From the NCBI RefSeq assembly GCF_046119375.1, contig NW_027362772.1, forward strand, positions 54,312,001-54,376,000: a DNA stretch of 64,000 nt. The letters run 5' to 3'. The notes under the pieces were generated by a model that had not been told where the DNA came from, did not search any database, and was given only the letters and a program-made list of their open reading frames with translations. The stretch is from Phyllobates terribilis (lineage: Eukaryota). Shown one piece after another: positions 15,776-28,267 of this stretch. Each line of letters starts with the position of its first letter. Positions within the stretch are counted from its first letter, which is position 1. A program made the position numbers and the translations under genes.

Positions 15776-16500
15776 TGGATCTCCCTGACGAGGACCCTGA
15801 AGACGAGGACCCTGAAGACCACCCCAAAGAAGACGAGGACCCCGAAGATGACGACCCTGAAGACGACGACCCTGAAGACCACCCCGAAGAAGACCAAGAA
15901 GATGACCCTGAAGAAGATGACCAAGAGGACAAAGAACAAGAAGACAACCACCAAGATACAGAAGAACAAGAGACAGAAAACCAAGAAGCAGAAGTACAAG
16001 AAGCTGCAGAACAAAAAGCGGAAGAACATTAAGCATAAGACTAAAAGTCAGAGCAAAAGATATTATCTAAATTATAAGCAGAAGAAGACTAAGCAGTGTA
16101 TGGGGGTGAGTCCGTTCCTCCTCGTGGTTCCCCTGGAAAAGACCTGCTGCTGCAGGCCAAACTGAACGCGGACAAATCCTGTTGTAAATCTTTTGTGACG
16201 GGCAGAATGAAAGGTGTAATGTTCAAACTTTTATAGATAACAACTACAGGAATGCCTGTCACAAATAAGAATATGATGAAGACGAAGAATATGAAGAAGA
16301 TGAAGAAGTAGAATATGAAGAAGAATAATAGTTGAATAAGAAGAATATGAAGAATGTAAAAAAAAAAGAATAATACGAAGAAGGTGAAGAAGAAGAAGAT
16401 GAAGAAGGTGAAGAAGAAGTTGATGAAAAAGATGCTGATGATGATGAAGGAGAAAGTGTGGGAGAAGTAAAAAAGAAGGTGAAGAGCATGGAAGTAGTGA
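15776..16500 (+). other. GAA/GAC-rich low-complexity tract with Asp/Glu-rich coding potential
   Basis: ORF 15649-16032 ends DEDPEDEDPEDH...EQKAEEH; a (GAA)n-rich tract follows. Confidence 0.7.
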
Positions 16501-16973
16501 AACATAAATATCTGACAAAATATTAAAAAAGCTTAACATAGTCAATATCTTTGTAACTCCGAACGTCTTAAAAAATATATTAATTCCTGCTATTCCATTT
16601 GATTGGGCTAAACCTCTATGCTTTTATTGTCTCCCCCACCTCCCACAATACATTCTACATTATTCTTAGTTGTTTTCCTTCATGTAGAATTAACCTACAA
16701 GGAAAGAAAGGGTTTATTTTCATTCCGATATTTGTGTCCCATTGACTTGCATTGGTTTCCGGTATCGGAATCTGCGATATCCGATATTTTTTGGGTATCG
16801 GTCCGATCCAATCCGATCCGATATTTCTCGATATCGGAAGGTATTGCTCAACACTAATTATTTATTACCATTTTTATTATTGCTTCACTAGTATAATTAA
16901 AAATGAACCAGTTTATAATTTTTTAATTAGTTTTATCTTTTGTATTACTTTTATGATTCTAATAAAGGTATTA

Positions 16974-17921
16974 GGCTGCGTGCCCACTATGTGTTTTTCA
17001 AGCGTTTTAGCCGCGGAATTTCCGCAGCGAAAAATTCTTAAAAAACGCTTGGTAATACGTGCCCCATGGTCACCAATGATAATCCGCATGTGCTGTGCAC
17101 ATGCTGTGGAAATTTTCGCTGTGGATTATCATTGCGGAAAAATCCACAGCATGTCCAATTATTTTTGCGAAAGCGCGGCGTAATTGCCGCCATTGACTTG
17201 CATTGAATCGCTTAATATCCGCATGAGTACATGTGCACATGCGGATATTAAGCGATTCAATATGTGGATGGTACTCGGGTCTGGAGAAGAGGAGACTATC
17301 ATCCAGACCCGGGTGCCATAGTACCTGTTAAAAAAAAGAATTTAAAATAAAAAATATACATTATACTTACCTTCTGATGGCCCCCGATCTCCTGTGCGGT
17401 GCATCCTGGCTCCCCGGCGGCTCGCGATGGTGTAAAAGGACCTTCCATGACGTCATTTAGTCATGTGACAGGTCACGCGACCGCTGACGTCGGTGGTCGC
17501 GTGACTTGTCACATGCCTAAGTGACGTCATGGAAGGTCCTTTTACACCACTGCGAGCCGCCCAAGACACCGGACGCACCACAGAGAAGATCGGGGGCCAT
17601 CAGAAGGTGAGTATAATGTTTGTTTGTTGTTTTTTTTTACCATTTTTATTCTTTTTTTAACTATTAACTTGGTCACATTATATAAAATCCATGCCGGTTG
17701 CATGGATTTATATAGTGTGACCAAGTTGTCAAGCACTTTTCCAAGTGATGCTAAAATCGCTTGGAAAGCACTTGACAACCCACATGCGGAAATGCATGTG
17801 AAGAACGCTTGACAAACGCTTCTACCTGGCAGGAAAAACGCATGTACAATCCGCATGCGTTTTTCCTGCCAGGGAGATGCAGAAAAGATCCGGAGCATTT
17901 CTGCTTCGTGGGCACTAGACC
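16974..17921. mobile_element. PIF/Harbinger-type MITE with internal palindromes
   Basis: TTA TSD on both sides; TIR GGCTGCGTGCCCAC / GTGGGCACTAGACC; large hairpins at ~17200-17260 and ~17365-17610. Confidence 0.8.
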
Positions 17922-18160
17922 TTACTAAAATCCCTATGCCTAAATATATTGATCCATAAGAAAGCAAAAACCCCAGGACACATTCAGCCAATTTGTGTCA
18001 CTGGGGAAAAATTCCTTCTTGACCACGAGAAAAGGCGATCAGTCCAAGAACCCTGGATCAAACCTAATTATGATGCTAGTTATATAATTACTATTAATGA
18101 AATAAATGTAATACTATAGGTGTAACATTTTGTCTAATTTAACTGTAACCTACAATTTTA

Positions 18161-21100
18161 CAGCTGAAACCAGAAGTTTCCATACACTATATAAAAAGAC
18201 ACATATGCATGTTTTCCTCAATATCTGACATGAAATCAGAATAAACCTTTCCGGTTTTAGGTCAATTAGGATTACCATATTTTTTAATATTTGCCAAATG
18301 CCAGAATAATGAGACAGAGAGAATGTTTTAAGGCATTTTTATTACTTACTGCAATGTCAAAAGTTTACATACACTCCCTGACAAAAGTTATGTCGCTTAT
18401 CCATGTTATGTAAATTAAAGCTTATAACCTGACGTTAAATTCATCCATTGGTTTTATAAATTACTCTGTTGAAAGCTGAAACCCTCCCAAATTTGGTTTC
18501 GGTTAAGAAAATAAATTGGCATCAATGCTGAAATATTGATCATTTAATGAACACAGAATGGTCAGATTTTGGCAAGACAAAAGTTTTGTCGCCCACAGAA
18601 AGTAATGTGATATTCAAACAAATAATTATCTTAATATACAAATATATGTTGCATAACATTGGTGAATGAAGTTGTGGTGCTATTAGAGTCATATTTAATA
18701 TTTTGTGTGACTTCCATGAGCTAGAAGGACTGCATCCATGCGGTTCAACAATGATTCATACAATTTATTAATGAAGTCATCAGGAATAGCAGAGAATGCC
18801 GTCTTACATGCCTCCCAGAGTTCATCTAGATTCTTTGGTTTTGTCTTCCAAGCTTCCTCTTTCATCCTACCCCAAACATGCTGAATGATGTTCATGTCTG
18901 GGGACTGGGCTGGCCAGTCCTTGAGCACCTTGATCTTTTTTGCCTGGAGGAACTTTGTTGTAGAGATGGATGTATGAGATGGAGCACCATCCTGCTGCAG
19001 AATTTGACCCCTTTTATGATTTGGAATGTAGGAGGTAGCTAATACTTCTTGATATTTTAGGCTATCGATATTGCTTTCCACCTTGCAAATGTTTCGCACA
19101 CCCCATACTGAATGTAACTCCAGACCATGATCTTTCCACCACCAAATGTAACTGTTTTCTGGTATTTTTGATCCATACGGGCTCCAGTAGGTCTCCTGCA
19201 GTATTTGCGAGGACTGTGGTGTAATTCTACTGAAGATTCATCAGAGAAATCCACCTTCTGACACTTTTCCAGCGTCCATCTGTTTAGCAGGCTGTGGGAC
19301 TTTGCAAATGCCACACGTTTTTTATTTGCCTTTTGTTTAGTGCTGGCTTCTGGGCACTGATTCGACCATGGAGGCCATTTCGAGACAGAATCCTACAAAC
19401 TGTTCTAGTTGACACAGGGACTTGAGGTGACCAGGCCTGTTGGAGCTCTGCTGCAGTGGAAGAGGGGCTTGCTTTGGATTATCTAACCAACAAACGTTCC
19501 TCCTGAGCAGTTGTCTTGCAGGGTCTGTGTGACCTGGACTTGTCAAACACATCTCCAGTCTCTTCAAATCTTTTTTTAATTCTTTGTACTTGACGCTGAA
19601 TCACATTAAAGGTGCCAGCCACCTCTGCAGTGGATCTAGTCTTCAGCCTCTTGATAATCAAGGCTTTGGTCGCAGGGTGGATTTTTGGCTGTTCAAGTGA
19701 AGGTCTGGGGTGCTGGGTTTCTTTTTATACACACCCACTAATTAATCGATCATTTACTGAGCACTGGTGAGGATGTAAACTAAGATTTGGTGCAATATAT
19801 GACCAGACAACAAAACTTTTGTCTTGCCAAAATCTGACCATTCTGTGTTCATTAAATGATCAATATTTCAGCATTGATGCCAATTTATTTTCTTAACCGA
19901 AACCAAATTTTGGAGGGTTTCAGCTTTCAAAAGAATAATTTATAAAACCAATGGATGAATTTAACGTCAGGTTATAAGCTTTTATTTACATAACATGGAT
20001 AAGCGACATAACTTCTGTCAGGGAGTGTACACTAAGATTACTATGCCTTTAAACAATTCTGGACTAGCCATATGATGATTTCATGTGTTTGGAAGCTTCT
20101 GATAGGTTTTTTGGCAACATCTGAGTTAATTAGAGACACCCCTGTGGATATATTTTCATGCACACCTGAAACACACTGCTTCTTTGTGCAGCATCATGGG
20201 AAAGTCTAAAGAAATCAGCCAAGATATCAGGAAGAGAATTGTGGAGTTGCACAAGTCTGTCTCATCCTTGGGTACAATTTTAAGATACCCGAAGGTGCTT
20301 TGTTCATCTGTACAAACAATTATACGCAAGTACAAACAAGATGGGAATGTCCAGCCATCATACCGCTCAGGAAGGAGACGGGTTCTGTGTCCCAGAGGTG
20401 AACGTGCTTTGGTCTGACATGTGCATATCAACCTAAGGACAAAAGCAAAATACCTTGTGAAGATGATGGTGGAAGCTGGTAAGGTTGTGTCAATATCTAC
20501 AGTGAAACGAGTACTGTAGCAACATGGGCTGAAAGGCCACTCTGCCAGGAAGAAGCCATTACTCCAAAAGAAACATAAAAAAGCCAAATTAATGTTTGCA
20601 AATGCACACAGGAACAAAGACCTTAATTTTTGGAGACATGTCCTGTGGTCTGATGAAGCTAAAATTGAACTTTTTGGGCATAATAACCATCGTTATGTTT
20701 GGAGGAAAAAGGGAGAAGCTTGGAAGCCTAAGAACACCATCCCAACTCTGAAACACGGGGGTGGCAGCATCATGTTGTGGGGTTGTTTTGCTGCAGAAGG
20801 GACTGGTGCACTTCACAAAATAGATGGCATCATGAGAAAAGAAGATTATGTGGCAATACTGAAGCAACATCTCAAGACATCAGACAGGAAGTTAAAGCTT
20901 GGGCGGAAATGGATCTTCCAAATGGACAATGACCTGAAGCATACTGCCAAAATGGTAACAAAGTGGCTTAATGATAACAAAGTCAATGTTTTGGAGTGGC
21001 CATCGCAAAGCCCTGATCTGAATCCTATTGAAAATGTATGGGCAAAGCTGAAAAGGCTGCGAGCAAGGCGACCTACAAACCTGGATCAGTTACACCAGTT

Positions 21101-21427
21101 TTGTCAGGAATGGGCCCAAATTCCGACCAACTATTGTGAGAAGCTTGTGGAAGGATATCCCAAACGTTTCGCCCAAGTCATTCAGTTTAAGGGCAATGGT
21201 ACCAAATACTAATGAAATGTATGGAAACTTTTGACTTTGCAGTAAGTAATAAAAATGCCTTAAAACATTCTCTCTCTCATTATTCTGGCATTTGGAAAAT
21301 ATTACTAATTATGGTAATCCTAATTGACCTAAAACGGGAAAGGTTTATTCTGATTTCATGTCAGATATTGAGGAAAATATGCAGATGTGTCTTTTTATAT
21401 ATGTATGTAAACTTCTGGTTTCAACTG
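18161..21427 (+). mobile_element. Tc1 (Sleeping Beauty-like IR-DR, DD34E), interrupted by a second Tc1
   Basis: TA flanks; TIR CAG(C/T)TGAAACCAGAAGTTT.CATAC; transposase pieces 20184-21212 with WSDEAK, QMDNDLKH and SPDLNPIE. Confidence 0.93.
18372..20027 (-). mobile_element. Tc1-like element with DD35E spacing (catalytic E appears as Q), frameshifted
   Basis: TA TSD; long TIR CACTCCCTGACA(A/G)AAGTTATGTCGCTTATCC...; FSDES; QQDGAPSH...SPDMNIIQ with 35 residues between D and Q. Confidence 0.92.
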
Positions 21428-21479
21428 TATGTGTATTGAGGAAATCATCCAGCTCTTTTTTGAAAGCTGTTATAGTGTT

Positions 21480-24010
21480 GGCCATTACTACCTCTTGTGG
21501 TCGGCATTCCACAGTCCGACTACTCTGACTGTAAAGAACCCTTTCCTGTTTAGGTGCCAGAATCGCCTTTCTTCCACCCTTATTGATTCCCCCCTGGTCC
21601 TTAGTATGGTCTTTGGAAGGTATAAGTCATGTGCTAGTCCTTTGTACTGACCACACATATATTTATACATGTAAATGAGATCCCCTCTAAGCTAAACAAG
21701 CTCAACTTTTCCACCTTTCATCATATGAGAGGCCTCCATCCCTTGTAATATTCTCGTTGCCGCCTTTGAACTGACTCTAACGTCTGAATATCCTTTTCAA
21801 AATGTTGATCCCAAAACTGGATCCCATATTCTAGATGTGGCCTCACCAGTTATTTATAAAGGGGTAACAATACGTTGGGATCGCGGGATTTTATTTCTCT
21901 TTTTATACATCCTAAAATCTTATTAGCTTTTGCGGCTGCTGCTTGACATTGAGTAGTGCTGCTCAGCTTACTTGTAACCAGAATACCCAAGTCCTTCTCC
22001 TGTTCTGTAGTCGTGAGTATACTCCCATCTAATGTGTATGCAGCAATAGGATTACTCTGTCCTAGATGCATTACTCGACATTTATCTACATTAAACCTCA
22101 TTTGCCTAGTGTTTGCCCATTCAGTCATCTTATCCAGATCATTCTGCAATATCATAAAGTCAAGATCAGATTTTAATATACTACATAGTTTAGTGTCGTC
22201 AGCAAAGACTGACATTTTACTCTCAATCCCATCTCCCAGAATCGGTCCTAGCACAGATCCCTGCGGCCCCCCACTGCTGACTATATCCCATTTAGAGAAT
22301 GTACCATTTATGACGACTGTTTCCTATCATTTAGCCAATTCCTTACCCATCTACATATAGTTCCCCCAAGGCCTAGCTTCTGTAGCTTCAGTATAAGGTT
22401 GCTATGTGGTACAGTATCAAATGCCTTTGCAAAGTCCAGATAAATCACATCAGCCGCATTACCAACATCCAGATTTGCACTTACCTCCTCATAGAACCCC
22501 AACATGTTGGTTAGACACGACCTATTCTTCATGAATCCGTGCTGATTATTATTTATTATATTATTCTCTGCAATATAACTCTGCCGGTCATCTCTTATGA
22601 TGCCCTCAAAAGCTTTGCACACTACTGATGTCAGACTTACCGGACAGTAGTTTCCTGGATCCACCTTCTTACCTTTCTTAAATATCTGTACCACATCGGC
22701 TATCCTCCAAACCTGTGGCACTACCCCTGTTACAAGAGAGTCTAAGAAAATGAGATTCAGCAGTTTGTCAATTACTGAGCTCGATTCCCTCAGTATCCGT
22801 GGATGAATACCATCTGGGCAGGGGGATTTGTCAATGTTTAATTTGCTCAGATGCAGGCGTACTTCTTTTTGTGTTAAACTTGTTATATCAAGTGGTGAAT
22901 TTGATTTTTGCCCTGTTGAAAGATCCCTGGAACAGAAAGTCAGTTGGTGAACATGGATGAAAAGTGCATGTTTAATATCTCAGCCTTTTCTTTGTCCTCT
23001 ATAATTATCTTGTTATTATCGTCTTTTAAGGGGCCGATACCATCTGATTTTTTCTTTTTGGCATTGATGTATTTATAAAAATTTGGGGATTTATTTTAAT
23101 GTCGCTGGTGATTTGCTGCTCTGTAGATAACTTTGCTAGCTTGATTTCTTTTTTACATTTCTTATTTAGGTCTTTATACTCCTGAAATGCTATTTCTGTA
23201 TTCTCGGCCTCAAGATTTTGAATGCCCATTGTTTTTGTCTTCTTAAACTTTGTACTGTCTTATTTATCCATAATGGTTTATTTTTATTCCTGGACATTTT
23301 ATTACCAGAGGGTATCAATTTTCTACAGGATTCTAGTAGTATTTCCTTAAACATGCCCCATTTACATTCGGTATCCCCAGTTACCATGACATGGTCCCAG
23401 TCTACACAATTAAGCTCTTCCCTTAATTTGTTGAAATCAGCTTTTTTAAAGTTCCAGGTTTTTGCATTTCTTTTTTGTAATGTTTTATTGAATATTACAT
23501 TGAAACTTACCATATTATGGTCACTGTTTCCCAAATACTCCCGGACCTGTAGATCTGAAATTGCATCTGGTCTATTTGTCAGACCCAGATCTAGTAGATT
23601 ACCTCCCCCGATTGGTTCATCTACCATAATAATGACCTTATTATTATTTGTTGCATTTTTAATTTGTCACAGCATTTCGTCCTCTACCAGTTCAGCTATA
23701 TTAGGAGGCTTGTAACAAACTCCAATTAGCGGCTTTCCATCATGGCCATCCCCATCTACATTTACCCAGACTGACTCTACATTGTCGCAGCTTCCCCCAA
23801 TGTCATCATTGAGCACAGGTTTTAAGTTGGATCTTACCAAAATACACACCCCTCCACTTTTTTTGTCTTTCCTGTCCTTTCTAAATGTAGTATATCCCTC
23901 CATGTTTGTCACCCAGTCAAGGCTTTCACCCGGCCAGGTTTCCGTAATACCCACCATATCATATTCTGTGACCGACTTAAGAGTCTCTAGTTCATTAATT
24001 TTGTTTGTGA
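21480..24010 (-). pseudogene. CR1 ORF2 (APE endonuclease + reverse transcriptase), fragmented
   Basis: VGITETW...RKDR...GGV; GNSDH; QHGFMKNRSCLTN; YLDFAKAFDTVPH; FADDTKL. Confidence 0.92.
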
Positions 24011-24427
24011 GACTTCTTGTATTTGCCAGCAGACATTTAATACTATTAGCATGTTTGTTACTCCTACTCAGTTTCCTACTTTCCTTGCGTATCCCAGTCC
24101 CCCCTAGATCTCCATTAACACCTGCTGTCCCACTCTCTGTCTACTTTATCCCCTCATTAGCACGAATACCCTCCCTCCCCCCAGATCCTAGTTTAAAAGC
24201 TCCTCCATCCATCTGACCATTTTTTCCCCCAGCATAGCTGCACCCTCCCCATTGAGGTGCAGCTCCTCCCTACCATAGAGCCTGTAGCTGACAGAGAAGT
24301 CGGCCAAGTTCTTCATGAACCTGAAACCTTCCTTCCTGCACCAATATGTAAGCCACTTATTTATCTCCCTAAGTTCCTGCTGTCTTTCTAGTGATGCTAG
24401 TGATGCATGTGGTAGTGCCGATTTCTT

Positions 24428-24678
24428 TATAGTGAAACCTGGTTAAGACAAGCAATTTTTAATTCAATTTTGGGTGGTCATCTCAATGAGTTTTCACCCA
24501 GGAGTGGTCTTCTGGGGGGCTTGTTTTCTCATAAACAATAGCCAATATACATAATACATGATGGAGCAGAAAATTTGCCACAGAAAATCTGGTCTAGATA
24601 AGAAGGTGGTATCATTAAAGAAGTAATTGTAACCAGTCAGTGACATAAACCATGAAGACCACCTCTGAGGATCCTGTA
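24428..24678. repeat. Copy B (uninterrupted) of the ~260-bp dispersed repeat
   Basis: Aligns across the Tc1 insertion point of copy A. Confidence 0.75.
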
Positions 24679-26871
24679 AAGATTTAGGGTTCCTCATCTC
24701 TGCAGTAATGGCAATGTTACCACACAGAGAGAAAAGGTAATGGCCGGAGGGTTGAACCACCATACTGCTTCATTCTATTGGAGAGCCAACTAGCTATAGG
24801 ACCTTTTCTGCCAAGATAGGGATGCATTGGTATTGACCTGTTTATTTTGCTATGAGGCTTCATCTCCTCCTTTCCCTGCACAAGGATAGACTTTGTTCTT
24901 AGAGGGTACTCTAAAAGTGACATGCAATCTGATGCATATGCGTTGTTCACTAAATAACCCAATTATGGGGCACTATATATTATTAGCAAACCTTTATGTT
25001 TTTTTAGCTCTCAAAACAGGAGGCTTCCAGGGTATCACCGCACACATTTGAAGCAGGAAATATTTCAAGGGCTATTCCAAACAAGGTAAGTTATCCTCTA
25101 TCCAAAGGATAGGGGCTAGCATGCCGATTGCTGGGCGTCAGAACACTGGGACCCTCAGTGATCCCGAGAATGGGGTCTGCAGCCCTGATTTGAATGCAAG
25201 AATGGGTGCACATGTCTCACCTCGGCTTCATTCCGTCAGTCCCAACTGCATTGTTGGCATCGGTGCCATGGACAGCGTGAGTAGTGGGGAAGCATGCGGA
25301 AAAGAGCCATCTTGTCATGGGCCGCTCATATATTTGGTGGCTTTAGCCTCACGGAAATTTTGGCTCCTTAAAGATTAAATCATTTCAAGGTGTTTCTCAC
25401 CATAAACATAATAGCCTTTGATTGTTTGGTTTACTCAAAAGAGGTCCCCATACCAAAGACCAAACAAGATTTGGTATAGAAGGTTCTGGCGTTTGTTTCC
25501 CCTATCCATGAACCTTCAGCCAATTTTGCACCCCTTGTTTGCTAAAGACGAAGTTCCTATGTAGAGTGGGGTCCCTGACAGGTTCTTGCCGAAGGAAAAG
25601 TGGCCAACCAAGACCAAGACCAAGAGAAGTCCCCTTTTTCCCAAAGGCACCAAGGCAGTCTCTATGGTACTTATGCCTTTAGATAATCCATTATTGACCG
25701 ATTGGTGGTGTGCAATCTCTTGGACCTGGACCTCAGAAGGGGCATTGTTTGGGGACACATTCATAGGACGTTGGTGAGATATTTAGTCAGTATATGACCA
25801 CTGTTTATGGTGGGTCTGAATCCCTCTAAGCATCATTGCTAAAGTCTAATCCCATTAACATACTTAGATGACAGAACATTAAGATCTTCACATTTTGCGT
25901 CGTTAAGAAGCAGCTAAGTCTGAAATCAACCATTTACAGTAAATCTGCCGAGATATAAAGCTGGCGAGCGCTGCGGAGATCAAGCTGAATAAATAACAAT
26001 AAGCCGGCAGACGAGAACAAATCCACAAAGAAATAAAAAAGCAAATAAACTAAATAAAAGCAAAGACGAGCCAGATTCTCCCGCAAACACAATGTGATAT
26101 TTATTTATTGACTGCTTCCGAAAAGGTTACCGCCATTCCTATGATACGGGAGATGTATGTGCCGCAACCTACAAGCGCGGCGTAATCGTTCATAAACATC
26201 AGCGATCCCGACGCCGGTATTTCAGAATGATAACGTCGCCACTAGATTGTGCTTTACACCGCGGAAATATGAATGCAATTGTAGGGGAATAGGATTCATT
26301 TTAAATAATGCTGAATGGTGATGGAAAGCGATTCACTTGTCTGAACGGTATTAAATTACATAATGGGAGGATTTTTCCAAGCAGTGAATTAAAAGAAATG
26401 AATGAAATAATTCCCGGCTTATCCGTGTGTGTGTTTGAGTGCGAACGGGGGGAATGTAAAAAGGAAATCCAGTAAAAAACAGTAAGGTTTCCGATTAAAA
26501 TAATCCATTATTGGTTCATTTTTCTTAATGGCATCCCAAGCAGTGGCCCTAATATTCGTAGGTGATGGCGGGGGTTCAGCTGATGAGTGGCACAACTGGT
26601 GTCCGAGCTCTGGTGGTAATTTGGGATGGTCACTCTTGTAAAGTAGAAGGGGGGATTAGAATGTGGGTCCCATTAATGGAATTGGGAATGGTGCTCGGCT
26701 GTTTTGGTAACTCCCATTCAAATTTCCGATTAGGTCTCCAAGGTTTGCCTAAGTTCTACTGGACCATCCCACTGTTCTGCTTCTACTACCCTACTGTGGT
26801 GTCAAGTTGCCCAGGCAAATGTCACATGAAGATTATGTCCAGTATGGCTAAAAGGAAATCATCTCTTAAGG

Positions 26872-28267
26872 CAGGGGTCTCAAACACGCGGCCCGCGGGC
26901 CGCATGCGGCCCCTGAGGCTGCTTTATGTGGCCCGCAGGCACAAACCCCTTGACGATCCCGACCTGGTCCAGGAGGAGCCGCCGACAGCAGCGCTGCATT
27001 GCCGCACACAGAGACTGTCTCCCAGCACAGCATTTCCAATGACAGCCGCCGGCCAATCAGAGGCCAGCAGCTGATATCTGCGTGTCGGCGCAGTGAGTAT
27101 GATGTCATTGCCATATGCAGATGTCAGCTGCTGGCCTCTGATTGGTCAGCGGCTGACATTGGAAATGCTGTGCTGGGAGACAGTCTGTGTGCGGCAATGC
27201 AGCGCTGCTGTCAGCGGCTCCTCCTGGACCAGGTCGGGATCGTCAAGGGGTCTGACTCTGTGGTGCCTGCGGGCCACATCTGCAGGAAGGCCGCCGAGGG
27301 AACGGAGGACAGGTGAGAATCATCTTCTTTTTTTTTTTTATGTGTGTGAAGAACAGCACAGGGGGCACATAGCCACAAGAGGGGACCTGGATGGGGCACA
27401 TAGCCACAAGAGGGGACCTGGATGGGGCACATAGCCACAAGATGGAGACCTGGATGGGGCACAGAGCCACAAGATGGAGACCTGGATGGGGCACATAGCC
27501 ACAGGATGGGGACCTGGATGGGGCACATAGCCACAAGATGGGGACCTGGATGGGGCACAGAGCCACAAGATGGAGACCTGGATGGGGCACATAGCCACAG
27601 GATGGGGACCTGGATGGGGCACATAGCCACAGGATGGGTACCTGGATGAGGCACATTAGTACAAGATGGGGGCCAGGATGGGGAACATTGCCACAAGATG
27701 GAAACCTGGATGGTCACATAGCCACAAGATGGGGACCTGGATCGGGAACATTGCCACAGGATGGGGACCTGGATCGGGAACATTGCCACAGGATGGGGAC
27801 CTGGATGGGGCACATAGCCACAGGATGGGGACCTGGATGGGGCACATAGCCACAGGATGGGGACCTGGTTGGGGCACATTAGTACAAGATGGGGACATTA
27901 CTACAAGATGTTTGCCATTATTACTATATGATGCTAATGGTATGACAATTTTACTGTATGTGGCCAATTGGAGGAAAGAAAATTGTAAAAATCAAAAAAA
28001 TAAAAATAAAGCATGAAAAAATATTGGGCACTAAAAATGCTGTTTAATATGTAAACTAAAGTAAACACAAAAAAGTGCACGTTTATTATCTCCACATCCA
28101 TAACGACCCAAGCCATAAAAAAATAAACACGGGAAAAATGTTCAAAAGGTGTATACAAAAAATAAATGGTATCACTAAAAATGTCACATTGAACAAAAAA
28201 TGCGGCCCCCCAAATTCTAATTTTTTCCATTTGTGGCCCATATACCCAGCCGAGTTTGAGACCCCTG
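26872..28267. mobile_element. Non-autonomous hAT (Charlie-like) element with internal hairpin and minisatellite
   Basis: TIR CAGGGGTCTCAAAC / GTTTGAGACCCCTG; perfect 8-bp TSD TCTTAAGG; ~130-bp-arm inverted repeat at ~26952-27244; ~32-bp tandem (ggggacctggatggggcacatagccacaggat) at 27360-27900. Confidence 0.92.

Larger units (their letters stand above)
6014..16856 (+). mobile_element. ~10.8-kb hAT transposon
   Basis: TIR TAGTGTTGAGCA / TGCTCAACACTA; subterminal (A)TCGG/CCGAT arrays at both ends; imperfect 8-bp TSD (attattac / attattta); internal hAT transposase. Confidence 0.9.
5890..24360 (-). mobile_element. CR1 LINE, 5'-truncated, with its 3' end expanded by nested insertions
   Basis: EN/RT fragments at 21480-24010. 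3'-end-like segments at 17925-18065 and 5893-5942 (acatagt..ggttgaa..gtccatcaagttcaacc, recalled as the amphibian CR1 terminus). Confidence 0.7.

Noticed and set aside
24428-24763. Duplicated segment as a minus-strand exon (homology ends at an acceptor-like TTACAG)
   Set aside because: The two copies differ by a frame-shifting indel and have stops in all frames; a dispersed non-coding repeat fits better.
25380-25780. Possible DIRS or L1 remnant; also an L1-EN-like piece at 29290-29630
   Set aside because: Only faint motif resemblance (YQILFGLWY; SPNT...LIFGG), too decayed to classify by eye.
27211-27879. Cys/Pro-rich 222-aa ORF, and Gly/Tyr-rich ORFs at 32404-33221
   Set aside because: They are translations of minisatellites.
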